64,000 nucleotides of DNA from Bellilinea sp. GTDB lineage: Bacteria; Chloroflexota; Anaerolineae; Anaerolineales; Anaerolineaceae. The position numbers were made by a program, and so were the translations under genes. The notes beneath the pieces were generated by a model that was not told where the DNA came from, did no database searches, and saw only the letters and a program-made list of their open reading frames with translations. Location of the stretch: assembly GCA_041658905.1 (NCBI GenBank), contig JBAZZG010000004.1, positions 147,091 to 211,090 on the forward strand. Reading direction: 5' to 3'. Every line of letters begins with the position of its first letter. Position 1 is the stretch's first letter. This document shows, one piece after another, positions 37,553 to 47,339 of the stretch.

Positions 37553-37861
37553 GATCGTTTCTTACCGGCTGATAAAAATGGCGAGTTAATCTACCTGGAT
37601 CATTTCGAATCCAGCGTTCTATGCTGTTTGGAGTCTCTCGCAGCCCTATGTGCAGGGTTGTTTTATTCACATATCCGGTGGGCGTTGATGGTTGATGGTT
37701 TTTTGTGTTAGTGGTAAATGTGTGAAATTTTATATTAAGTTATTGGCTACACGCATTTTTGTATTCAGCTTTCGTCAATCCGCTGCCTATGCTGCATTGG
37801 ATAGTTTCTTGAGTTTATGGTTTAATAACCCCAATCAAAAACGCTACCTGGGAGGGAATCC

Positions 37862-38839
37862 ATGAAATATCGTCATCTTGGTAAGGCTGGAATTAAATTA
37901 AGCGCGCTTTCTCTCGGCGCCTGGGTCACTTATGGTGGACAGGTCGGCCAGGAAATTGCTGAAAAATGCATGCTCGCAGCATACGATGCCGGCGTCAATT
38001 TCTTTGACAACGCCGAAGCGTACGCCGATGGCAATGCCGAAATTGTGATGGGGAATGTTATCAAGAAGTTGGCATGGCGGCGTGAAGACCTGGTCGTCTC
38101 GACAAAGATCTTTTGGGGCGGCAAAGGCCCCAACGATCGCGGTTTATCCCACAAGCACATCATCGAAGGTGTCAATAACGCCCTGCGCCGCCTGCAGATG
38201 GATTATGTCGATCTGGTCTTCTGCCACCGCCCTGATCCAGAGACCCCTATTGAGGAAACTGTGCGGGCGATGGATGTGGTCATAAAACAAGGAAAAGCCT
38301 TCTACTGGGGCACCTCGGAATGGAGTGCGGGTGAAATCTTGCGGGCTGATGGCATTGCCCGACAGTACGGCCTCACCCCCCCCAGCATGGAGCAGCCGCA
38401 ATACAACATGTTTCACCGTAACATCTTCGAGATCGAATATGATCCGATTTTTAAGCAATTGGGGTACGGTACCACCATCTGGAGCCCACTGGCCTCCGGC
38501 GTATTATCCGGTAAATACGCCAACGGAATCCCCGCGGACAGCCGCGCCGCACTGCCTGGTTTTGATTGGCTGCAAGAGCGCCAAATTTCCACTGAAAGAA
38601 TCGAAAAGGTTAAACATTTGTCGGTTATCGCAGCTGAACTGGGCTGTACCATGTCGCAACTGGCATTGGCTTGGTGTTTAAAGAACCCAAACGTCAGCAC
38701 GGTCATCACCGGCGCTTCCCGTCCGGAACAGGTGGTAGAAAACATGAAAGCTATAGACGTCGAGGATAAATTGACGCCAGAAATCATGGAGAAAATCGAA
38801 CTCGTGCTCGGGAATAAGCCCGAGCGGTATATCGCCTAA
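37862..38839 (+). CDS. Aldo/keto reductase, Kv-beta-subunit-like subfamily
   Basis: [21 protein letters not shown]…[11 protein letters not shown]…, 325 aa. GGAGGG RBS is present. Confidence 0.9.
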   Translation: MKYRHLGKAGIKLSALSLGAWVTYGGQVGQEIAEKCMLAAYDAGVNFFDNAEAYADGNAEIVMGNVIKKLAWRREDLVVSTKIFWGGKGPNDRGLSHKHIIEGVNNALRRLQMDYVDLVFCHRPDPETPIEETVRAMDVVIKQGKAFYWGTSEWSAGEILRADGIARQYGLTPPSMEQPQYNMFHRNIFEIEYDPIFKQLGYGTTIWSPLASGVLSGKYANGIPADSRAALPGFDWLQERQISTERIEKVKHLSVIAAELGCTMSQLALAWCLKNPNVSTVITGASRPEQVVENMKAIDVEDKLTPEIMEKIELVLGNKPERYIA

Positions 38840-38865
38840 CCCGTATCCGTTCCGTTGCCACACAT

Positions 38866-38902
38866 AAAAAAAGCGAGACCATTTCTGGCCTCGCTTTTTT
38901 TT
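38866..38902. terminator. Bidirectional intrinsic terminator
   Basis: A-run 38866-38872, stem GCGAGACC / GGCCTCGC (one mismatch), loop ATTTCT, T-run 38895-38902. It lies between convergent genes. Confidence 0.6.
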
Positions 38903-38916
38903 GAAACGCAAAAAAA

Positions 38917-39642
38917 TTAGACCAGGACTTCTTCCGGGGCGCGCATGACTTCATTGGCCTTGATAACTTCATCGGGCACATTGAAGTCGAGTTCAGTACC
39001 GGTCATCTGCTGGACATATTTCTTGATCATCTGATCCCAGTACTTCTTGGTGACATAGTAAACGCGGGCGCCACCCAGTTCATGTTGTACATCCGGCCAG
39101 GGGTAGGACGGCTGCGCCATACCAATGCCCCAGCGTTTCCAGCCGTTGTAGCTTTCGTAGGTGGCCCACCATTCCTTATTGCCAAGAATTTCAAAGCCGT
39201 AGTAGGCTTTTGCGTAATACATGACCGCGCCGATGCGGCCGCCGCGAATGAGAGCCATGGTGTGCAGGCTGATATTGATATCTTCGTTCATCAACCGGCC
39301 GTTTGCGAAACCAGCCCACAAGCCGTCAATTAGACCCACCAGGGTGTAGGGATCCTTTAGACGCTTGCGGTACCAGCCGAGAACTTCTGAATAGACGCGG
39401 GCGCCGACAATGTCGTAGAAGTCGTGGTCGACATCCAGAAATTTCTTCAGATAGTCCAGCATCAAAGGAGCTTCTTCCAATTTCGCTTCGCGAATCAGAA
39501 GAGTCCGGCCGTCTTTCAGCTTGACCTGGCAAGCTGGCCAGGGTTTGAGGTTCAGGGCAGGACCTTGAAGAATGGCTTCAATTTCTTCAGCATCGAACTC
39601 AACGGTGGGTTGCGATGCTTTTTCAGGAAGGGGTACACGCAT
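38917..39642 (-). CDS. Hypothetical protein, operonic with the cyclase-family gene (possible acyltransferase-like fold; not assignable by eye)
   Basis: Strong GAGGAGA RBS 8 nt upstream. 241 aa. The gap to the upstream cyclase gene is 32 nt. I recognise no diagnostic motif. Confidence 0.5.
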   Translation of the reverse strand: MRVPLPEKASQPTVEFDAEEIEAILQGPALNLKPWPACQVKLKDGRTLLIREAKLEEAPLMLDYLKKFLDVDHDFYDIVGARVYSEVLGWYRKRLKDPYTLVGLIDGLWAGFANGRLMNEDINISLHTMALIRGGRIGAVMYYAKAYYGFEILGNKEWWATYESYNGWKRWGIGMAQPSYPWPDVQHELGGARVYYVTKKYWDQMIKKYVQQMTGTELDFNVPDEVIKANEVMRAPEEVLV

Positions 39643-39674
39643 TTTGAGGTCTCCTCTATAAATATTTGGCGAAA

Positions 39675-40556
39675 TTACGCCAGGTTTGCTTTAGAAATCG
39701 CGTTGAGGCTCTCAACATGTTTCTGGTTGGTAGCGTCACCGAATTTCGTCTTGGGAAGATCGGCTTTCTTCTTCATCATGTCTTCGTACTCATTGTCATC
39801 CACGATGGCGACGCAGCGGCCAATACTGGCCTCACCGTCAACGAAGCGCCATGGGAAGAAACCGATAGGAACGCGGCGGTTGAGGATGAGATCCAGGTCA
39901 CCGCCAATACACTCGGCATGAATGATCCCGTAGGGGAACATTTCAAGATGCATCAGTTGGTATTTCGAATCATCGTAGAATTCACCGATGCTCATGCCAA
40001 GTTTTTTCTTGAATACTTTTTCTGCCTGCCGCGTCTGCCGGGGCATCCAATCGCGGATGATGGTATTCATCGGGTGATCAGCGCTGCCGCAGTCCAGGCC
40101 GATCCAGCGAATATGCTTGGCTTTGCAAAAATCAGCAAATTCTCGGTCAGGCCCTGGATGCATCACCATGTAGCGAATTTCATTCGCTGTCGGCTGATCC
40201 CAGCCAAAATGATGGTAACCGGTGTGGATGATGAGAATGTCTCCATCTTTGACCTCAACCCGGTCGGTGATCATTTTGCTGGTGTAAACGTCGTAATCGC
40301 CGCACACATCAGAAAGATCAACTACAGCAGCGTCATGAACCAGGAAATCCATCGGCAGCGAAGCCATGTCGCGCCCCGGGGTATGGAAGTGAATCTCACC
40401 GTCCATGTGCGTACCAAGATGGTTCGAGTGAGTCACGACTTGTCCGTTTGCGCCGTTGGGGGCCAAACGCTTGAAGTATTTAACCTGCAGGGGCTCATAG
40501 GTAGGCCACGGTGGGGTACCGATGCCAAGGGGAATGGTTAAGTCAATAAACTTCAT
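39675..40556 (-). CDS. Cyclase-family protein (kynurenine formamidase / isatin hydrolase-like metal hydrolase)
   Basis: The HxGTHxDxxxH motif is present as HSNHLGTHMDGEIHF. AAGGAGA RBS is present. The equally long ORF on the + strand has no motifs. Confidence 0.8.
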   Translation of the reverse strand: MKFIDLTIPLGIGTPPWPTYEPLQVKYFKRLAPNGANGQVVTHSNHLGTHMDGEIHFHTPGRDMASLPMDFLVHDAAVVDLSDVCGDYDVYTSKMITDRVEVKDGDILIIHTGYHHFGWDQPTANEIRYMVMHPGPDREFADFCKAKHIRWIGLDCGSADHPMNTIIRDWMPRQTRQAEKVFKKKLGMSIGEFYDDSKYQLMHLEMFPYGIIHAECIGGDLDLILNRRVPIGFFPWRFVDGEASIGRCVAIVDDNEYEDMMKKKADLPKTKFGDATNQKHVESLNAISKANLA

Positions 40557-40651
40557 ACTAAGTCTCCTTTCAATGGACGGAATGAATATTTTGAAATCCG
40601 CTGTGACGTTCCGCGGGGGTTTCCGTTTAGGATAGTGACCGGTTAACTAAA

Positions 40652-40681
40652 TCTCCCCTGTTTAGACAGTTACAGGGGAGA
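40652..40681. other. Perfect 10-bp hairpin/palindrome in a divergent 303-bp intergenic region
   Basis: TCTCCCCTGT (40652-40661), 10-nt loop, ACAGGGGAGA (40672-40681). No U-tract follows on either strand. Confidence 0.3.
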
Positions 40682-40859
40682 CCGGGTATGGCTCAACAAG
40701 GCTGTTTGTAGCCGAAATAATCCATGAAGAACATCAACCAGGCGTGCATCATCGAAATTATTCCTCGGGTCACTGGACAGTAAAGTATTTAACACAACAA
40801 AAAGATGGAATGGGTCGGTAAGGCTTTACCTTTAGAAATTATCTACTAAAATAAGGAGC

Positions 40860-41816
40860 GTGTCAACTGATGAACCTCACATAGATTGTCTAACAACCGG
40901 CAGAAACACGCCTGGTTTTACCCTGTCCGCAGCTTCGATTGGCCATCCTGCGGTTGATGTTTTGGCCCAGGGGAAAAACTTTGTCATCCGGGGAGTGACT
41001 TCTCGCGGCATCTTTGTTTCGGTTGATGAAAAGACGATTATCTTTCTTTCCAGGGAGCGATTCAAAGGACCCTTGATCGTCAATCTTCCCTGGGAACCGG
41101 TCGTTCTGGATCAAATCGCGATTAAGGCGGATGGGAAGGTTTGCCCGCGGGGCTTCAGGTTTTCATACCCTGATTTGTTCATCGATGTCTCTTCCGCAGA
41201 AACCTGGTCTGCGTTGAGTCAATGGAACCCAATTCCCCCGCCGGGATCGACGCCAAACCACTCCCAAATTTCTTCTTTTCTGAATTTGCTCCAATCCAGG
41301 GTGCCTACTCCAAACGAGCTGGTTGCGGCTGCACTCCAGGCCATTAACCCGGCTGCCCTCCCCCGGCCGGACGAGGGCGGTGAAACTGCAAAATATATCA
41401 ACCTGGCTTACCTGGCCGTTAAAACCTACGACTTGGCTGCCTTGCAACCTGTAGTATTCTATCTGGCAGGTCGCGGTCGCGGACTCACACCCTCAGGGGA
41501 TGATTTCTTGCTCGGATTGGTATACGGCTTATTCATGTTCCCCTACCGCTTCCAAGCCATCCGGGAAGATGCATCCGCCATGATCGTTGCCACCGTCAAA
41601 AAACGCTCAACCTTGATTAGCGCCAACCTGGTCGAATGCGCCGCTGCCGGCGAGATTGACGAACGCCTTGGAGCAGCCTTTCAGGCCCTGCTTCACCCCG
41701 ACTACCCGCCTGAAGCAGCCATGCGCGGGATATTGGGCTGGGGTAGTTCATCCGGCATGGATGCGACTGCTGGGATGGCGGTTATCATGGCTGCTGAGAG
41801 AAAATTAAATGATTAA
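40860..41816 (+). CDS. DUF2877 / AllH-like protein
   Basis: The motif LAGRGRGLTPSGDDFLLGLVYG matches my recollection of the DUF2877 (oxamate carbamoyltransferase AllH-like) signature. GTG is the only available start, and AAGGAG lies only 1 nt upstream, so the start context is atypical. Confidence 0.5.
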   Translation: MSTDEPHIDCLTTGRNTPGFTLSAASIGHPAVDVLAQGKNFVIRGVTSRGIFVSVDEKTIIFLSRERFKGPLIVNLPWEPVVLDQIAIKADGKVCPRGFRFSYPDLFIDVSSAETWSALSQWNPIPPPGSTPNHSQISSFLNLLQSRVPTPNELVAAALQAINPAALPRPDEGGETAKYINLAYLAVKTYDLAALQPVVFYLAGRGRGLTPSGDDFLLGLVYGLFMFPYRFQAIREDASAMIVATVKKRSTLISANLVECAAAGEIDERLGAAFQALLHPDYPPEAAMRGILGWGSSSGMDATAGMAVIMAAERKLND

Positions 41817-41836
41817 TGTATTGGCTATACGCAATT

Positions 41837-43348
41837 TCAGGAAGAGGATCTAAAATATTTGGATTGCAATTCGCTAAATGGATAACCAGGCGCTTCGGTA
41901 AACACTGACCAGAATTCTTCGGCGCTCGATATTTTTCGATAATCCCGCTGCAAGTAACGCTGCATGGCGGCATTGTACGCCTCGACCCCCGTTTGCTCTC
42001 GCAGCTCGAACAAAAATTGGGCTGAACGTAGATAGACGGCATTCCGGTATGCGATGTAAGAAGGATAATCATAAATGGGCAGATCTATATACCCGACCGG
42101 CTGGTAAAAATCCACCCGGTATGCCCACCACCAGTCAACCTGGTCAGGATAATAGGCTTCAAGGTATTGCAATTCGGCAAATGTTGCCAGACCTTCGTCG
42201 AGCCAGGGTTCACGCGCCTGATCGCTTCCGACTGCTCCAAACCACCATTGGTGCGCCATCTCGTGTACGGTGATGATAGATAAATAACCATTTATCGTCC
42301 CATCATACAGGTCATAAAACCCCTTACTGACGAAATACAGACCGTCAAACTCCATACCGTCCAAAAAGTCCGCCTGGACGATACTGACTTGCTGATTCAC
42401 TAACGGCCCAAACAACTCTGTATACAAAGCGGCTGCCTGGGCAGCATACTCCAACACCGCCTGGTTTGGGATGCGGCTATTTGGAAAGGCGTAGGCCTTA
42501 ATCGTGATACCGGCTGCTTCGGTTTCCAACAATTCGTAATCCGGGCTGATAGAGACCGCGAACGTGCGCGCCTGCTGCATTGCGAACTGATACCGATTTT
42601 CTATACGGACTGCTGCGCTGCTGGCTGCCACGACCAGCGGAATAGGATTGCCGGTAATTTCGAGCTGGACATTGAAATCTGCCGCGGGATAAACCAGCGA
42701 CTCACCAAAAATGGGCGGGGTATGCACGATCCACTGGTTCTGATCGTCCAGCGGAGGGATGAAGGCATACCAGTCAACCAGGTTGAGCTGTCGCTCGGTA
42801 TACCCGTAGGGCTGCGGTTTGTACATCTCCGACGGCGGCGGGATTGCCGGAAGCAGAATGTCGTATCTTAAGAGCACCTGCAGAGGCACATTCGATGGTA
42901 AGCGCTCTGGCAATTCAAACTGCAGTTGATTGCCAACCAGGGTGAATTCTTCGATCAGGGCTTGATCAACGGTGATGCTTTTCAACGTGAAACCACCGGG
43001 GTATCGGTTCGGCTCCACCACCAGAACCAACACCTGTACATCTACCGGCAGGAAGCTGAGCGTGACTGTCTGCTCAATTTCAACGGTTTTGTGGCTGTAA
43101 TCCAATCGGGCAACGATGTCATAATTCAGGTGGTATTCAGCGGGGCCATCCGGAGTTGGCGTAACCGCGTCGGTCGGAACAGGTGTCGGCGATTCGGCTT
43201 CAGTCGCAACTGGCGAGATTTCGATTGTCGGGCTGTCGGGCAAAGGCGTGTCAGAAATTCGGTTGGATTCAGCTACCTTCCCGCAGCCAGTCGCAGCCAG
43301 GGCCAGGAAAACAACAATGGCGATGTAGAGCAGGTCGTGTCTTTTCAT
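41837..43348 (-). CDS. M1-family zinc metallopeptidase lipoprotein
   Basis: HEMAHQWWF plus the downstream WLDEGLATF (the gluzincin third ligand). Lipobox LAATGC. I chose the start at ATG 43348 (MKRHDLL…). Confidence 0.85.
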   Translation of the reverse strand: MKRHDLLYIAIVVFLALAATGCGKVAESNRISDTPLPDSPTIEISPVATEAESPTPVPTDAVTPTPDGPAEYHLNYDIVARLDYSHKTVEIEQTVTLSFLPVDVQVLVLVVEPNRYPGGFTLKSITVDQALIEEFTLVGNQLQFELPERLPSNVPLQVLLRYDILLPAIPPPSEMYKPQPYGYTERQLNLVDWYAFIPPLDDQNQWIVHTPPIFGESLVYPAADFNVQLEITGNPIPLVVAASSAAVRIENRYQFAMQQARTFAVSISPDYELLETEAAGITIKAYAFPNSRIPNQAVLEYAAQAAALYTELFGPLVNQQVSIVQADFLDGMEFDGLYFVSKGFYDLYDGTINGYLSIITVHEMAHQWWFGAVGSDQAREPWLDEGLATFAELQYLEAYYPDQVDWWWAYRVDFYQPVGYIDLPIYDYPSYIAYRNAVYLRSAQFLFELREQTGVEAYNAAMQRYLQRDYRKISSAEEFWSVFTEAPGYPFSELQSKYFRSSS

Positions 43349-43451
43349 AATTGCATGTGGCTGCCGATTTCCGTGTTCAATCGAAAAACCAATCCCCACA
43401 GCGCACAGTATAATTGACCAATGGAATTAAGTCTAACCATCCTGAGGAGCC

Positions 43452-44189
43452 ATGACGACCCCACTTTGCTTCGACACACTCATGATCCTGGCTCGTCCAG
43501 GCGCCGGCAAATCTGAAATCATCGATTTTCTGAAACGGACTCCGCCCGATCAACGGCTAGAGACCTTCCATATCGGGCAAGTCACTGAGTTTGATGACTT
43601 CCCCCTGTTGTGGACCTGGTTCGAGGAAGATGCCATCCTTGAACGGCTGGGGTATCCCCGTCTGCACACCGATTCGGACGGTTACTTTATCGGCGTGCAT
43701 CTCTGGGATTTATTGACGGAAAGCTTATGCCTGAATCACGCAAAATGGCTGCGCGATCGTAGGCATGATACCCTATGCCATACCGCACTGATCGAATTTT
43801 CTCGCGGCAGCGAACATGGCGGGTATCGACGCGCATTCCAACACATCACGCCCGCGGTAGCCAGCCGGGCTGCAATTTTGTATGTTAATGTGTCCTGGCA
43901 GGAGTCGCTGCGTAAAAACCGTAAGCGGTTTAATCCCAACCGCCCCGACAGCATTTTGGAACATGGCATTGAGGATCAAAAATTAGAACGACTCTACCGT
44001 GAGGTTGATTGGGAGCAGGTATCAGCCCAGTATCCTGATTACATCACAATCCAAGGCATCAAAGTTCCGTATGTGGTCTTCGAAAACGAAGATGACGTGA
44101 CCACCAGCCGGGGTGATGTGCTGGCAGCCCGCCTCAATACTACTTTGGCGAATTTGTGGGAAACCTGGCGTAAATCCCGCAGCGAATAA
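43452..44189 (+). CDS. P-loop NTPase/kinase-like hypothetical protein
   Basis: Walker A LARPGAGKSE near the N-terminus. 245 aa. No further diagnostic motif. Confidence 0.45.
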   Translation: MTTPLCFDTLMILARPGAGKSEIIDFLKRTPPDQRLETFHIGQVTEFDDFPLLWTWFEEDAILERLGYPRLHTDSDGYFIGVHLWDLLTESLCLNHAKWLRDRRHDTLCHTALIEFSRGSEHGGYRRAFQHITPAVASRAAILYVNVSWQESLRKNRKRFNPNRPDSILEHGIEDQKLERLYREVDWEQVSAQYPDYITIQGIKVPYVVFENEDDVTTSRGDVLAARLNTTLANLWETWRKSRSE

Positions 44190-44190
44190 T

Positions 44191-46047
44191 TTATTCGACT
44201 TCGAGTAGTTCTTTCGCCTTTTTTGTCAGCTTGCCACGCTCTTCGGTATTCAGAATGCGTTTCCGAATGCGGAAATTGATCGGGGTGATCTCGAGCAGTT
44301 CGTCCTCCGCCAGGTACTCTAGCGCCTCATCCAGGCTCATTTGCCGCGGTGGTGTTAGTCGAACTTCGATATCTTTGTTAGAAGAGCGCATGTTAGTCAG
44401 GTGTTTTTTCTTGCAGACATTGACCGGCAGGTCAAGCGGCCGCAGCGTCTCGCCAACCACCATGCCTTCATAAACTTCTACGCCGGGACCGAGAAATAAG
44501 ACGCCGCGTTCTTCGGCGTTCTTTAATCCAAAATTAGTGGTCGTGCCGGCTTCCCAGGCGACAATGGAACTGGAATTGCGACCGGGCAGGTTTCCTACCA
44601 ATGGGTGGTAGCCATTGAACATCGAGTGCATCACGCCATTGCCGCGGGTGGCGGTCAAGAACTGGTAGCGGAAACCCAACAAACCGCGCGTCGGAATGAT
44701 ATAGGTCAGGTGAACGGTGGTATCCGGATTGTTGATCAGGTCGATCATTTGACCTTTCCGGGTACCAAGCATTTCAACCACGACACCGACGGTGTCACCG
44801 CTGGTCTCTATATGCACTTCTTCGAATGGCTCAAGCAATTCGCCGTCGTCGCCCACACGCATAATCGCCTCAGGACGCGATACCTGAAATTCAAAGCCTT
44901 CGCGCCGCATCGTTTCAACCAAAATGGCCAGGTGCAACTCCCCCCTACCCGACACCAGGAAGGTGTCGGCCGCTTCGGTTTCAGCTACACGCAAAGCGAC
45001 GTTGTTGCGCAATTCCAGCAGCAAACGATCGCGCAGTTTACGGGATGTGCTCCACTTGCCTTCTCGACCAGTAAATGGCGAGGTGTTGACCCCAAACGTC
45101 ATGCGGACGGTCGGTTCCTCAACGTGGATCGGCGGCAGCGCAATCGGATTTTCAGGATCGGCCAACGTTTCGCCGATTTCAATACCTTCAAGTCCAGAAA
45201 TAACGACGATGTCCCCCGCACTGGCTTCTTCAATATCCACTTTTTGTAGCCCCTGGAAGGCGAACAGGTAGCGGGCCCGTTCTGGCACAATCGAACCGTC
45301 GATTTTCATGCGCGCCAGCGCTTGTCCGGCCTGCACTTTTCCAGCGAAAATACGGCCAATGCTGGTTACTCCGCGGTAATCATCGTATCCAAGGCTGGTC
45401 ACCAGGAATTGCAGCGGCGCGCTCAAATCCACTTTCGGGCATGGCACCCGACGTAAGATGGCGTTGAACAGCGGCTGAAGATCAGGCCCCATTTCTTCGG
45501 TCAAGCCGGCCTGTCCGGTAATGCCATTGGCATAAATCACCGGGAAGTCCGCTTGCTCATCGGTAGCGCCCAGCTCAATAAACAGATCGAAGGTAGCGTT
45601 CAGGCTACTGGCAGCATCAGCGTCTTTGCGGTCCATTTTGTTGATGACCACCACTGCTTTGTGTCCCATCTCCAACGCTTTTTTGAGAACAAAGCGGGTT
45701 TGCGGCATCGGCCCTTCAGCAGCATCCACCAAGAGCAGGACCCCGTCAACCATGTTCATCACCCGCTCGACCTCACCGCCAAAATCGGCGTGGCCTGGAG
45801 TATCAACGATGTTAATTTTTACGATTTGCCCGGTTTCCGGGTCTGGGATGGTAATGGCCGTGTTTTTGGCGAGGATAGTAATACCGCGTTCGCGCTCCAG
45901 GTCATTCGAATCCATGACGCGGTCTTGCACGGTCTGGTTTTCCCGAAAAACGCGCGCCTGGCGCAGCAAACCGTCCACCAGCGTTGTTTTTCCATGGTCA
46001 ACATGCGCAATAATCGCAATATTGCGAAGATCCGTTCGTTCAATCAT
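44191..46047 (-). CDS. typA: Translational GTPase TypA/BipA
   Basis: G1 [10 protein letters not shown]3 DTPGH, G4 NKMD. Overall EF-G-like architecture, 618 aa. Confidence 0.95.
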   Translation of the reverse strand: MIERTDLRNIAIIAHVDHGKTTLVDGLLRQARVFRENQTVQDRVMDSNDLERERGITILAKNTAITIPDPETGQIVKINIVDTPGHADFGGEVERVMNMVDGVLLLVDAAEGPMPQTRFVLKKALEMGHKAVVVINKMDRKDADAASSLNATFDLFIELGATDEQADFPVIYANGITGQAGLTEEMGPDLQPLFNAILRRVPCPKVDLSAPLQFLVTSLGYDDYRGVTSIGRIFAGKVQAGQALARMKIDGSIVPERARYLFAFQGLQKVDIEEASAGDIVVISGLEGIEIGETLADPENPIALPPIHVEEPTVRMTFGVNTSPFTGREGKWSTSRKLRDRLLLELRNNVALRVAETEAADTFLVSGRGELHLAILVETMRREGFEFQVSRPEAIMRVGDDGELLEPFEEVHIETSGDTVGVVVEMLGTRKGQMIDLINNPDTTVHLTYIIPTRGLLGFRYQFLTATRGNGVMHSMFNGYHPLVGNLPGRNSSSIVAWEAGTTTNFGLKNAEERGVLFLGPGVEVYEGMVVGETLRPLDLPVNVCKKKHLTNMRSSNKDIEVRLTPPRQMSLDEALEYLAEDELLEITPINFRIRKRILNTEERGKLTKKAKELLEVE

Positions 46048-46152
46048 TTATGCCTACCTGTACTAAACTCGCATCATGCGAGGAATATACAAACCCGAAA
46101 GCCTGTTTCAAAACGACAAGGTGTAATTATAAGTCCTGAACATCAAAATGAA

Positions 46153-46184
46153 CAGGTCGCAATTTGGACAGGTCGCAATTTGGA
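46153..46184. repeat. Tandem direct repeat, 2 x 16 bp (CAGGTCGCAATTTGGA)
   Basis: Exact copies at 46153-46168 and 46169-46184. Confidence 0.9.
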
Positions 46185-46281
46185 TTGCAATTTTAACGAA
46201 CATTGTCATTCTGAAACTGGCACCTTTTCCAGTTGAAAAGATCAGTGCTACGTCGCAATTTGTAAACATGAGATGGGCATA

Positions 46282-46442
46282 GATTGCTTCAGTCGGCCTA
46301 GCGACTCCGTCGCAATGACCGTTCGGATTGTCATGACGAGGAACGAAGCCATCTGCGCTTATCGGCAATAACGGTCGTGAATGGAAGTTGGTGTTGTTAT
46401 CGCCTGCATGGATTGCTTCACGCTTCGCTCTATCGCAGTGAC
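46282..46442. repeat. Three degenerate copies of a short dispersed palindromic-type repeat (GATKGCTTC…TCRYCAWTGAC)
   Basis: Copy 1 at 46282-46319 (+), copy 2 at 46330-46354 (inverted), copy 3 at 46411-46442 (+). The octamer GTCGCAAT occurs four times between 46157 and 46316. Confidence 0.6.
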
Positions 46443-46459
46443 GCTCTATAAGCGAAGCA

Positions 46460-47314
46460 TTATCGATGAATTCCTTTACGCAGCAGCAGCAGGTAAATGC
46501 CAAAGATGATCAGGCCAATGGAGCCGGTGTTGGCTATAAAAGACGTGGCGTTCTTGGGATCACCACTAATGTAAAGCCCCCACCCCACCATGGCTAAAAT
46601 CCCGGTCGGGATCAGCGGCCACCATACGAATTTGGCGGTCACTACCCGCGAGAAAAGGATGATCAAAGCCCAGCCGATGGCAAAAATGGCCAGCATGATG
46701 CCGGTTTTGGCCAACGGATTCAGTCCCATCGCAGTGCCCCAGGCCAGATAAATCCCGGGACCGGTCGTAACCATCAAACTTCCGGGAATGATCAGCCCAA
46801 AGAGCCGCCAATAAACACCCCAGACGAGAAGAACGATCCCGGTACCCGAGACAACCCATAGAACAAAATCGATGACGCGCAAATCAGACAATAAAAATGC
46901 GATGCCGGTCGAAAATATAATCCCGGCGGGTACCAGCGCCCACCATGCCGGTTTTACCAGTATCTTTCGTGACAAATAAGCAATCGCAACCCAACCGGTC
47001 GCGAAAAAGACTAACAACCAGCCGATATCATGGGCTAAAGGCCTGTTGAATAATGAACTCATACCGACAAAGCCACCCATCCCGGCACCTAGCAGCAAAC
47101 CGCCGATCACCAGGAATAAAAACCGCTGCATCCGTAACGCTTCTACCAGAAAGAATATTCCAAAAATAGGCGCAAACGCCAATAACAGCCAGCCGGTTTT
47201 GAGGTACTGGTCGGCCAACACCAGAATACCAACGGCGACCATCACAATGCCGATCAGGTATAAAACCCCGGGGTGAGAATTCTTTGTGTGATTATCAGTT
47301 GTTTCGCGTTCCAT
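46460..47314 (-). CDS. Polytopic membrane protein, last gene of the HK-RR operon
   Basis: About 8 TM helices with internally duplicated W-W-x-L-x-P-x-G-I segments. It lies 25 nt downstream of the response regulator gene. Confidence 0.6.
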   Translation of the reverse strand: MERETTDNHTKNSHPGVLYLIGIVMVAVGILVLADQYLKTGWLLLAFAPIFGIFFLVEALRMQRFLFLVIGGLLLGAGMGGFVGMSSLFNRPLAHDIGWLLVFFATGWVAIAYLSRKILVKPAWWALVPAGIIFSTGIAFLLSDLRVIDFVLWVVSGTGIVLLVWGVYWRLFGLIIPGSLMVTTGPGIYLAWGTAMGLNPLAKTGIMLAIFAIGWALIILFSRVVTAKFVWWPLIPTGILAMVGWGLYISGDPKNATSFIANTGSIGLIIFGIYLLLLRKGIHR

Positions 47315-47339
47315 CGTGTGAGCCTGTCCGTTGAGCTGG

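Noticed and set aside
37594-37613. tRNA-like T-arm sequence (CTGGAT-CATTTCGA-ATCCAG containing TTCGAATCC)
   Set aside because: The loop is 8 nt rather than 7. No acceptor, D or anticodon arms can be drawn. The would-be 5' half would lie inside lhgO.
39666-40541. 291-aa ORF on the + strand, almost exactly co-extensive with the 293-aa minus-strand cyclase gene
   Set aside because: The minus-strand product carries the cyclase HxGTHxDxxxH motif and a strong AAGGAGA RBS. The plus-strand product has no recognisable motif and no RBS. Long antisense ORFs are expected in GC-biased coding sequence.
46153-46184. Tandem repeat as a possible CRISPR array
   Set aside because: There are only two abutting 16-bp copies with no spacers, and no cas genes are in the window.
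46108-46503. 131-aa minus-strand ORF in the typA upstream spacer
   Set aside because: It is made almost entirely of the short dispersed repeats, which are known to create spurious ORFs. It also overlaps the 3' end of the membrane-protein gene and has no RBS.
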